Shown in pieces: positions 55,506 to 63,771 of a stretch of DNA of 64,000 nucleotides; position 1 is the stretch's first letter, and the number at the start of each line of letters is the position of its first letter. The position numbers and the translations under genes are program-made. Source of the DNA: Burkholderiaceae bacterium (GTDB taxonomy: Bacteria > Pseudomonadota > Gammaproteobacteria > Burkholderiales > Burkholderiaceae_E). Where the stretch lies: the NCBI GenBank assembly GCA_044355655.1, contig JBIKXS010000008.1:23054-87053 (forward strand), read 5' to 3'. The notes below the pieces were generated by a model. That model made no database searches, had not been told where the DNA came from, and was given only the letters and a program-made list of their open reading frames with translations.

Positions 55506-56555
55506 TTATTTCTCCATGCCAAACTTGAATTCATCGTCATACTTCTGCGGCCCGAGTAATTGCCGGTTTTTGAGTCCGAGGCTGACGAAGTCTGTTGGAT
55601 TGCGGATCTCTTCAACCCGTAGCGCATAGCGCCCGTTTTTTACACCGTATTTGCCGCGGATCATCGGTACCCGATTAACATAGGCTGTGATCGGATCCTG
55701 AACTTCAATTGGTATAATTTCACCAACATTAAGTGACAAAATATCACCCAAAACCATTTTCTTCTCAGCCAGGATAGCAGCAACCTCGACCTCGGCCGTC
55801 TGCATTTCGCTTTCCAATGCGCCAGTCCATTTGGTGTCGGTTTCCATTTGAAAACCAACCGACTGGGCAAACAATGTCGCCTTCAAAGGTTCAAAAACCC
55901 AGAACGGCACACAAAAATCAACATCGCCTGCCCGGCCGTTAATATCGATGGTGAACTTGCAATGCAAGACCATCTCGTCATTACCTGTGATTTTGGCAAA
56001 CTGGAAGTTGCCCTCCGAGCGGACAAAGTCGAACTTTAGTTCGTAGACCTGGCGCCAAGCTTTTTCATACTCAGCAAGCACCATATCCACAAAGCGCCGA
56101 ACAATCCGCAATTCGGTGGCGGTGTACTCCTTGGGCACAATCTTGGGCTCAAGATGACCCTCGCCGCCAAACATATTATCGATCGTAAGATAGATCACCG
56201 CCGGATCAACGATCCAGCACGCTACCCCACGGAGCGATTTAATGTTGACGATATTAATATTTGTACGTTCTGGAAAGCTGCCGAGAAACTCACTATAAGG
56301 TTTGATACGAGGAGGGTGTAAGTCCACCTCGCAACGGCAACGAATCATATTGAACAACTGCAAACGCATCGTCCGGGCGAAACGCTCGTGAATGAGTTCG
56401 AGCGTCGGCATCCGTCGGCTGAGGATGCGGTGCATTTTGTCAAACACCGAAGCCTTCGCTTCACGTGTTGTTTTCAGCACATCCTTACCGAGGTCCTCCT
56501 CCGGAGGATCAGCTGATTGCGACTTTACTGCTTCACTCACTGCGGTCTCGCTCAA
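55506..56555 (-). CDS. fliM: flagellar motor switch protein FliM
   Basis: 349 aa with the middle domain (LELIHERFAR...) and a C-terminal SpoA-like domain (LSLNVGEIIPIE). Confidence 0.9.
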   Translation of the reverse strand: MSETAVSEAVKSQSADPPEEDLGKDVLKTTREAKASVFDKMHRILSRRMPTLELIHERFARTMRLQLFNMIRCRCEVDLHPPRIKPYSEFLGSFPERTNINIVNIKSLRGVACWIVDPAVIYLTIDNMFGGEGHLEPKIVPKEYTATELRIVRRFVDMVLAEYEKAWRQVYELKFDFVRSEGNFQFAKITGNDEMVLHCKFTIDINGRAGDVDFCVPFWVFEPLKATLFAQSVGFQMETDTKWTGALESEMQTAEVEVAAILAEKKMVLGDILSLNVGEIIPIEVQDPITAYVNRVPMIRGKYGVKNGRYALRVEEIRNPTDFVSLGLKNRQLLGPQKYDDEFKFGMEK

Positions 56556-56600
56556 TGAAAGGTGTGTGAGGTTCCAACTTCAACATGCATGCGCTCAGGC

Positions 56601-57326
56601 TTACTGCATGATGAAGGACTTGAACAGCACACCTTGCACCGGAAGATCCATTTCGCTGATTCGCCAGAACTGGGCAGCCGCTTCACGAGCAACCTGAGTC
56701 ATTTGCGCCGTCGCGGATGCATCTTTAGGCATCGCACCAATGCGCTCCAGATTTCTCAAGTCGGCTGTTGATGGCTGCTGTTGCAAGACATAAATTGCGG
56801 TGAGTTGGGGCTCGATGATCGAGTTCACAACCAGTGCAATTTCTTTACCCAGAATTTCCTTACCTTCAACGGTTGCCAACTGCTCCATCGAACGCGAGGA
56901 CAAAACCGTGATGATTCTGTCTTGTACAACCGGCAGGAATTCCTTGATTTTTCCTTCGACCTTGCCTTCAGAAACGCGCAAGAACATCTCGACCTGAAGG
57001 TAGTGCTCACCGCCCTTTGAAGGCAGATTGACCGTGAAGGGGTCCATCTTCACGAAGGTAGGAGCCTTATTTTCCTTCTTGAACTGCATTTGCGCCTTAA
57101 GACGACTTTCGAGCGTTTGCTCGGCCTCTTCCGCTTCTTTCTTCTTCTTGGCGGAATACCACATCCAGCCGCCAACGCCACCACCGATCAATACCAGTAC
57201 GACGACGATCGCAATGATGAGCGGAAGCTTGCTCTTTTTAGGAGGCGCTTCTTCACCTTCAGCACCGGCTACCGGAGGTGCTGCTACTGCTGCGGGTGCT
57301 GCTGGGTTCAGTTCTGCTTCAGCCAT
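56601..57326 (-). CDS. fliL: flagellar basal-body-associated protein FliL (long form)
   Basis: 241 aa with a TM helix, FVKMDPFTVNL...HYLQVEMFLRV...LPVVQDRIITVLSSRS and the terminal VLFKSFIMQ. An extra segment of about 45 aa precedes the C-terminal strand. Confidence 0.85.
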   Translation of the reverse strand: MAEAELNPAAPAAVAAPPVAGAEGEEAPPKKSKLPLIIAIVVVLVLIGGGVGGWMWYSAKKKKEAEEAEQTLESRLKAQMQFKKENKAPTFVKMDPFTVNLPSKGGEHYLQVEMFLRVSEGKVEGKIKEFLPVVQDRIITVLSSRSMEQLATVEGKEILGKEIALVVNSIIEPQLTAIYVLQQQPSTADLRNLERIGAMPKDASATAQMTQVAREAAAQFWRISEMDLPVQGVLFKSFIMQ

Positions 57327-57424
57327 AATCAGTCTCAGTTAAGAATTCAAAAGACAGATAAACAAAAAACTTCTCAAAATCGAGTCGATACTTTGATTAG
57401 GTGGAAAGCTCAGCCACCAAACCC

Positions 57425-58876
57425 TCAAGCATACAAGCTCAGCGCATCTGTTGCTACACCGACTGCCCTGGAAGTTGTCGCAATTACGCCAACCCGCGAA
57501 CCGTCGGGACTAGGATTAAGCCCCTGAATTTGCTTCGATCGATCGTCGAAACCATTCGAAAACATACCCGCGAACTGTGACGACCCACTTCCCACGGAAA
57601 CCTGAAGCGCCATTCCTGAGCTTTGGAAGGACTCATACAACCGATCCAAAGACTGTTCGATAGCTGCCTTCGCTGCTTCATTGGCTGCGTGCACAATTAA
57701 AACAGCACTTTCGCCGGCAGCATCTATCTTAAGTTCAAGACGAAGACTACCCAACTCGGGCGGTGACAAATCGATCGTTGCTGAGCCACCTTGCTGAGAG
57801 GCCAACCAACTGACAGTGCCTTCAAGCGCGTTGGCGTTGGCAATCGATGCCCTACCAAGAGTTTGGGCGCTCATCGCCTGCTGAAGCCCATCAAGACCTT
57901 GCGTCGTACCAGGAAGCCCTGTTGAAAGTAAGGCATCGGCTTGCTCGAGTTGGCGCTGTTTTTGTTCGTCGGCAGAAAGGCCAGCACTGGCCCTGGAGCC
58001 GCTGGTTTGATTAGCGGTAGGCGCCAGTGCTTCCCGCGATAAACCCGACCCAAGGCTAGAGTCCTCGGGACCTGTTTTTACAAAACCTGTTCCCGAAATC
58101 CCGAGGTTTAACGCCGATAAACCGTGACTACTGTCTGTGCTGGATCGATGATCCATTAATGCACTGGTTAGCAAACCCGGGATACCCAAGCCCCCGTCAG
58201 GCTCGTGAGCCAATAGGAGATTCGAAGACTCCGCAGCCCTGTTCGCAGAATTACCTTTCTCGAGCCCCGCGCTGACGGCAGCCATAAGTGCTGCCGCCAT
58301 GGACTGGCTGTCGCTAGCTTGCTCAATTGCCGACACGAGCGCTATACCCTGCGCAGCGCCATCAGATGAGACGGTATGCCCGCCTAAATCGAGCTTCGAC
58401 AACAAGGCTTGAACTTGAGGATTCATGGCGCCCAGATCGAAGGCTGCCTTAATTTGCTGCCCACGATCACCCGATCCAAGCGCGTTTAGTAGCAACTCTG
58501 CGCCTCCGGGAGAGGACGCTCCGCCAGCTCCGGACGCCAAGCCTCTGAGTGCCGCCAAGCTTGCCGGATTTGACGCAAGCCAATCGGCAATTTTTGCCGG
58601 TAATGCGGCCTGATCGGCAAGCGAATCTTTGCCTAAGCTGTCCGCCAAAGAGTCAGCGCCTGAATCTTCCGCGAAATCTACCGCGAAATCTACCGCCCCT
58701 TCAGCCGCCCCATTCGCACCGGTGTTTACAAAGGCCAGCAGTAGATTAAAGGCACTCGAGTCAATCTGAGCGGCATTAATGTTCACCTGAGCGGTCGGTT
58801 GAACGACTTTTGGTGCATCTTTCTGCGCTTGACTGGCAAGGATCATAAACAAATTTCCCAAAACTGAACTAAACAT
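57425..58876 (-). CDS. fliK: flagellar hook-length control protein FliK
   Basis: 483 aa with a low-complexity A/S/G/L-rich body and the C-terminal Flg_hook-type domain IDLSPPELGSLRLELKIDAAGESAVLIVHAANEAAKAAIEQSLDRL. Confidence 0.8.
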   Translation of the reverse strand: MFSSVLGNLFMILASQAQKDAPKVVQPTAQVNINAAQIDSSAFNLLLAFVNTGANGAAEGAVDFAVDFAEDSGADSLADSLGKDSLADQAALPAKIADWLASNPASLAALRGLASGAGGASSPGGAELLLNALGSGDRGQQIKAAFDLGAMNPQVQALLSKLDLGGHTVSSDGAAQGIALVSAIEQASDSQSMAAALMAAVSAGLEKGNSANRAAESSNLLLAHEPDGGLGIPGLLTSALMDHRSSTDSSHGLSALNLGISGTGFVKTGPEDSSLGSGLSREALAPTANQTSGSRASAGLSADEQKQRQLEQADALLSTGLPGTTQGLDGLQQAMSAQTLGRASIANANALEGTVSWLASQQGGSATIDLSPPELGSLRLELKIDAAGESAVLIVHAANEAAKAAIEQSLDRLYESFQSSGMALQVSVGSGSSQFAGMFSNGFDDRSKQIQGLNPSPDGSRVGVIATTSRAVGVATDALSLYA

Positions 58877-58911
58877 TCACCGGCCTAATCGCCGTATTCC
58901 TTACAGACGTG

Positions 58912-58927
58912 AGCATGTTCCATGCCA
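58912..58927 (-). promoter_or_regulatory. candidate sigma54 promoter upstream of fliK
   Basis: The minus strand reads TGGCAT-GGAAC-ATGCT, with the GG and GC dinucleotides at canonical spacing. The -12 element lies about 36 nt upstream of the fliK ATG (58876). Confidence 0.6.
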
Positions 58928-58999
58928 AAAAAGTCCGGGTTGGCTTCGTGTCGGCTCGGGCCTCATCGCTGTCCAGAGCATCAACGCTAACCAATCCTT

Positions 59000-59455
59000 T
59001 CAACTCAAGGACGCGCGCCGGAAGAGTCGAGAGGTTACCGAATCTTCCGTTTCGCGCGATTCGCGGCTGAATAACTCTTGCAAGGCTTTACGCTTCTCAA
59101 TCCGCTCGATTTTCTCCAGGCCATCAAGTCGCAACTTCAGGGCTTGATGATTTTTCCCTGCCTCCACAGCCCGCTCTTTGAGCGGTTCGCTCGTCTCGCG
59201 TTGCTGCTCAGCGGTAGCTTCAAGGCGCCGAGCAAACTCGAAGGTGTTTTGCATCAAGCTTACGTTTGAAGCACCCTGCTCCATCAGTCGAAAAACATCA
59301 CCACGGTACTCCGCGGCAAACTGATCGAGTTGTGTTGCCGCAGAGAGCGCATCGTGCAAACGTTTACGCTCTCGCTGGGCCTGAGCCGCCGCCTGTTGCT
59401 CGCGAAGCCGAGCCACCCTCAACACCGCCTCAAGCACGCTTTTACGAAGCGCCAT
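59000..59455 (-). CDS. fliJ: flagellar export chaperone/stalk protein FliJ
   Basis: 151 aa, an all-coiled-coil charged protein immediately after fliI. Confidence 0.75.
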   Translation of the reverse strand: MALRKSVLEAVLRVARLREQQAAAQAQRERKRLHDALSAATQLDQFAAEYRGDVFRLMEQGASNVSLMQNTFEFARRLEATAEQQRETSEPLKERAVEAGKNHQALKLRLDGLEKIERIEKRKALQELFSRESRETEDSVTSRLFRRASLS

Positions 59456-59456
59456 G

Positions 59457-60842
59457 TCAAGCGCTCACAATACCGAAAAGACCAACAAGGCATTCATCAA
59501 GGCCAAAAGTCTCATGCATGCCCTGCTGCAAAAACTTCTGGATATCTGGCCAAAGCCTTAATGCCTCATCAAGCCCAGGATCGCTGCCAGGGACATAAGC
59601 CCCCATTGCCACCAGATCGCGGCCACGCATGTAACGTGAAATCAATTGTTTTAGTTTACGCGCTGCTTCTTGATGCCGTTGATCAGTCACTCGCGGCATG
59701 ACGCGGGAAATCGACTTTTCAATATCGATGGCCGGATAGTGGCCCGAATCAGCAAGTTCGCGGGATAAAAACAAGTGCCCGTCGAGAATGCCTCGTGCGG
59801 TGTCAGCAACCGGGTCGTGGATATCGTCGCCTTCAAGCAGGATTGTGTAAAACGCGGTAATCGACGAATCAGGCACAGCCCCATTGCCAACCTTCTCGAC
59901 CAATTCAGGCATTTTGGCAAACACCGAAGGCGGGTAGCCACGCGAAACCGGTGGTTCGCCCAAAGAAAGCGCGATCTCTCGCTGCGCCATGGCAAAACGA
60001 GTGAGTGAGTCGATAATCAAGACCACATGCCTGCCCTGATCACGGAAAAAGGTTGCCACATCAGTTGCAAACAAGGCCCCGCGCAATCGCGCAAGAGGAC
60101 TTGCATCAGCGGGCGCGGCAACCACCACCGAACGCTGCAGCGCATCAGCCCCGAGTGTGTCTTCGCAAAACTCACGAACTTCGCGACCCCGTTCCCCAAC
60201 AAGACCGATTACCACGACATCGGCCACACAACGTCTTGCAAGCATCCCGAGCAATACCGATTTACCCACCCCGGAGCCTGCAAAAATGCCTACCCGCTGG
60301 CCCCGCCCGATGGTGAGCATTGAGTTGATCGAGCGTACCCCTGAATCAAGCGGTTGATGGATCGGCTGTCGATGCAGCGGGTTGATTGGCATCGAGCGGT
60401 AAGGATTGGGGGGCTCTGAGCCGGTTGGTTTGCCATCGAGCGCTCGACCGTAACCGTCAACCACCCTTCCCAATAAGGCATCGCCAATCGGCAGCGGCGG
60501 CGCGGACTCGATGGGAACAAAGCGCTTTCCCTCTTGGGCAGGAGTGTTAGCGGGGTAAACCGCGGCACCAGGCGCAACCCGATTTGCGGGATCGATCGGC
60601 ATGAGAAAGGTTGTATGACCCGAAAAGCCAACACATTCGCATTCGACCCACCCCGAGCCTGAAGCAACCGCGGCGCGATTGCCCATGGTCATTGGCAGGC
60701 CAGTTACTTCGAGCATGAGGCCCGAGACGCGCTCGAGCCGCCCACTACGAACACCGCGTGGTGCGGCCTGGATACGTGCCGTCCAGCCGCGAAGCCGCTT
60801 TGCGGCCTGCTCAGCTCGACTCGGCGAGATCTGCTGCATCAC
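59457..60842 (-). CDS. fliI: flagellum-specific ATPase FliI
   Basis: 461 aa with Walker A GSGVGKS, Walker B VVLIIDS and TAFYTILLEGDD. Confidence 0.95.
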   Translation of the reverse strand: MMQQISPSRAEQAAKRLRGWTARIQAAPRGVRSGRLERVSGLMLEVTGLPMTMGNRAAVASGSGWVECECVGFSGHTTFLMPIDPANRVAPGAAVYPANTPAQEGKRFVPIESAPPLPIGDALLGRVVDGYGRALDGKPTGSEPPNPYRSMPINPLHRQPIHQPLDSGVRSINSMLTIGRGQRVGIFAGSGVGKSVLLGMLARRCVADVVVIGLVGERGREVREFCEDTLGADALQRSVVVAAPADASPLARLRGALFATDVATFFRDQGRHVVLIIDSLTRFAMAQREIALSLGEPPVSRGYPPSVFAKMPELVEKVGNGAVPDSSITAFYTILLEGDDIHDPVADTARGILDGHLFLSRELADSGHYPAIDIEKSISRVMPRVTDQRHQEAARKLKQLISRYMRGRDLVAMGAYVPGSDPGLDEALRLWPDIQKFLQQGMHETFGLDECLVGLFGIVSA

Positions 60843-61503
60843 GGGTATTGACGGAATCGCGCGGCAGCAGGCCCATGGCCATGAGCACTAATGCGCGCCT
60901 TGCCTCTGGCCCCACATCGATTCGCGTGCCTTCAACCTCGATGTAAGCACCCGACTCCTGGTCTGCATCGGCAAGAATTTCCATCCGGAAGGGCAGGCTT
61001 GCCTTGGTGAGGAACTCTTCCCAAATTGCACGCTGTGCTGGCGGGACCCGCAACAAGAGGTTTTCACCTGGCGAGGGCAAACGCATTAAGGCCTCTTCAA
61101 CCGCATGCAGAAAAGGCGCGCGGTCGATGTGTTCGCCCAAGGAAAGACGCTCTGCGATCGACCATGCGAGATCTGTGATGGGTTCCAGAATCGTGTCTGG
61201 CAAGTCTTTAATTTCGTGAATAAAGACTTCGAGTGTTTGGGTGAGCTCAACAATCGAGTTTGTGTGCTCATCGTAGGCTTTGTCTCGCCCTTCCGCTAGC
61301 CCTTGCTCAAACCCCTGGGTGAAACCCTCACCCACACCTTTAGCAAAACCTTCTTCGCGACCCGCGTCAAAACCTTCTCTACGGGCTGCCTCACGGATCG
61401 CCTCGATTTCCTCAACGGTGGGCCAAACGATCTCTGGTTCTGGCTCCGGAATTGGCGGGTCAAAACTCGGCGGCAACCAACGTTGAGCAGCTGTTCGAAC
61501 CAT
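60811..61503 (-). CDS. fliH: flagellar assembly protein FliH
   Basis: 230 aa with the charged repeat region EGFDAGREEGFAKGVGEGFTQGFEQGLAEGRD and a C-terminal FliI-binding-type domain. It overlaps the fliI start by 32 nt. Confidence 0.8.
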   Translation of the reverse strand: MVRTAAQRWLPPSFDPPIPEPEPEIVWPTVEEIEAIREAARREGFDAGREEGFAKGVGEGFTQGFEQGLAEGRDKAYDEHTNSIVELTQTLEVFIHEIKDLPDTILEPITDLAWSIAERLSLGEHIDRAPFLHAVEEALMRLPSPGENLLLRVPPAQRAIWEEFLTKASLPFRMEILADADQESGAYIEVEGTRIDVGPEARRALVLMAMGLLPRDSVNTRDAADLAESS

Positions 61504-61574
61504 ACTTGCCTTAGCGTTGAAGTCTGGGCTTGCTGATTAGGTCTTGGCTAGCTGATGCGGTCTAGACTGGGCAA

Positions 61575-63494
61575 TTAAGCCAAGCCCTTTTCCACATCCT
61601 CTTGCAACCACTGCTTGAAGATCGCAGCGACCACCCTTGGATCCTTTTGTACGAACTCTTTGGCGTAGGCAAGCAGCTCTTCGTATTCGGCAGCCTTTTC
61701 CTCTTCTTCGCGTTTACGCTTGTCTTCAAGGATGCGACGTTCTTCTTCGAGGCGCTGACGCTCTTCCTCTTCTTGAATTCGACGACGCTCGCGTTCGAGT
61801 TCGAGTTCGAGACGGCGCTTTTCACGAGCAGCAGGCGACATGGCTTGCAACTCCGCTTTGACACGCTCATCAAACTCTTCCTCGATACGCTGCTCCTCTT
61901 CAACCACTTTAGGCGGTGGTGGGAAGAGGATCGGACGCACAAGAAAGACTGTGACTAAACCAAGAACCGTCGCAATAATCAGGAATTTGAAAAACTCCTT
62001 CATCACGCTTGCAAAGGTCGCCTGCTTCCAAAATGGCGGCTCATCAGATACTGGTGGCGAGAAGGGTATGCTGACGACGGACACCGAATCGCCGCGCTGC
62101 TGTGAAAAACCCATTGCATCACGCACAAGCGACGTCATTTGCTGGATTTCTTGCTGGGTGTAGGCCGTTTCCTTAACATTGCCTTCAGCGTCGGTGGTCT
62201 TTTTGTAATTCACAATCACCGCGCTTGATACACGCTTCACGCTGGCGCGCGGACCGCGCACTGTTTGGATGGCGCGATCGACCTCGTAGTTAACGGTTTG
62301 CTCTTTGCGGTTTGCGTTAGTTGATACAGGACTCTGAGTGCCGGGTGGCTGAGCCTGTCCCTGACCCGCCTGTCCTTCGATCGGCGCCTGCCCGCCCTGA
62401 GGTGGCTGATTGGTCAGCGCGCCAGGGATGCCACCAGCGCTTGTGACAGGACCGCTCGCCTCAAGGTTTTGCTGCGAGCGAATGCTCGCGGGGTTTTGCC
62501 CGGAGTTAGGCTTGAAAATTTCCTCGGCGCGCTCACTTTGGGTGAAGTCGACATCGACTGCTACCTGAGCGCGAACATTGTCGCGGCCTGTGATTGGCTC
62601 AAGAATTGTGACGATCCGACGCGCTACCTGATTTTCCACCTCACCCACATACTTGATCTGGGCTGCGTCCATGCCGCTTGCCCCGTTTTTGTTCGGGTTG
62701 GGCGCAAGCAGACCGCCATCGCTATCCACGACAGTGACCATCGCCGGCAGCAGTTGAGGGACCGACGAAGAAACCAAGTGGGTGATCGCCGTGGTTTGCT
62801 GGTCATCGACTACCCGCCCCGGATGCAGCGACAAGACCACGGAAGCAGTTGGCTTGGGCTGATCACGCAGGAAAGCGGAAGTCTTGGGAATCGCGAGGTG
62901 AACGCGCGCGTCGCGGACTTGCGCGAGGGTTTTTATCGAATTAGACAGCTCAGATTCAAGTGCCCGCTGGTAATTCACCTGTTCAACAAACTGAGACGTA
63001 CCAAGCTTTTGATTTTCAAGCACTTCAAAGCCAACATTGCCGGCTTTCGGAAGGCCTTGACCGGCGAGCTTGAGCCTGGCGTCATAAACCTTGTCGCCCG
63101 GCACCATGATTGCCCCACCACCCTCAGTGAATTTGTGGGGTACTTTCATTTGCTCAAGTGCCGCAACGATAGCGGCACCATCTTTGTCGTTCACATTTGA
63201 AAAAAGAACTTTGTAATCGTCTTTGCTATCACCTGACATCGCGACCAAAACCACTGTTACGGCCACAAGCAAGATAGATACGGCGAGCAAAAGCCTGCGC
63301 AAGGGTGAGAGTTCCCGAACACGATCAGCCACCTCTTCCCAACGCTCGGGAAGGGTTTTCGGACCGCCTGGACGGCTGATTCGTTCAACGCGTGGGGGTG
63401 CAACGTCTTCTTGCACGATGGCGTTAGGGTTGACCCCGATTACGGTCGCACCGTTTTCAGCTTGTGCTGCCAGTCCTGGATTAACGTCAGCCAT
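61575..63494 (-). CDS. fliF: flagellar MS-ring protein FliF
   Basis: The ATG at 63494 (MADVNPG...) is preferred; the maximum ORF extends to 63575. It has YKVLFSNVNDKDGAAIVAALEQMKVPHKF, a second TM, then a 115-aa cytoplasmic tail. The tail ends in KDPRVVAAIFKQWLQED, which corresponds to the Salmonella FliG-binding end NDPRVVALVIRQWMSND. Confidence 0.93.
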   Translation of the reverse strand: MADVNPGLAAQAENGATVIGVNPNAIVQEDVAPPRVERISRPGGPKTLPERWEEVADRVRELSPLRRLLLAVSILLVAVTVVLVAMSGDSKDDYKVLFSNVNDKDGAAIVAALEQMKVPHKFTEGGGAIMVPGDKVYDARLKLAGQGLPKAGNVGFEVLENQKLGTSQFVEQVNYQRALESELSNSIKTLAQVRDARVHLAIPKTSAFLRDQPKPTASVVLSLHPGRVVDDQQTTAITHLVSSSVPQLLPAMVTVVDSDGGLLAPNPNKNGASGMDAAQIKYVGEVENQVARRIVTILEPITGRDNVRAQVAVDVDFTQSERAEEIFKPNSGQNPASIRSQQNLEASGPVTSAGGIPGALTNQPPQGGQAPIEGQAGQGQAQPPGTQSPVSTNANRKEQTVNYEVDRAIQTVRGPRASVKRVSSAVIVNYKKTTDAEGNVKETAYTQQEIQQMTSLVRDAMGFSQQRGDSVSVVSIPFSPPVSDEPPFWKQATFASVMKEFFKFLIIATVLGLVTVFLVRPILFPPPPKVVEEEQRIEEEFDERVKAELQAMSPAAREKRRLELELERERRRIQEEEERQRLEEERRILEDKRKREEEEKAAEYEELLAYAKEFVQKDPRVVAAIFKQWLQEDVEKGLA

Positions 63495-63771
63495 GAGATT
63501 CAGTGTAAATTGAACAAAGTTAGACCCCAAACCAAAGCAAGGAACTTTTTGCCGGCGCAAAGCGTCGACGGGCAAATTATTCCTGTCTCGAGACTCTAAG
63601 CTGCCTCATTGGGGAGCGTATGCGACTTTGGTGGGAGGCAGAAATCCAACTAATTGCGCCATGCCACGATAAATTGGTCGTTAAATGGAAACAACGGCAA
63701 TATGGTGCCATGCTCGGTTATAAGCGGTAGCAACTTATGACCAAACAATCAAAGGTAGGTATCTTGCGCAT

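Noticed and set aside
61575-63575. FliF-FliG fusion as an explanation for the missing fliG
   Set aside because: Only 115 aa follow the second TM helix, and they end in the normal FliG-binding motif. A FliG moiety would need about 330 further residues.
35075-63575. Injectisome (non-flagellar T3SS) interpretation, because fliG is absent
   Set aside because: Rod, hook, L/P-ring, hook-associated, MotAB, FliM/N and FliL genes are all present and typical of flagella. No secretin, needle or translocon genes are seen.
63698-63710. sigma54 promoter for fliF (TGGCAC-CATA-TTGC on the minus strand)
   Set aside because: The spacer is one nucleotide too short (9 rather than 10 nt between GG and GC), and sigma54 is intolerant of spacing changes. 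It also lies about 200 nt from the start codon.
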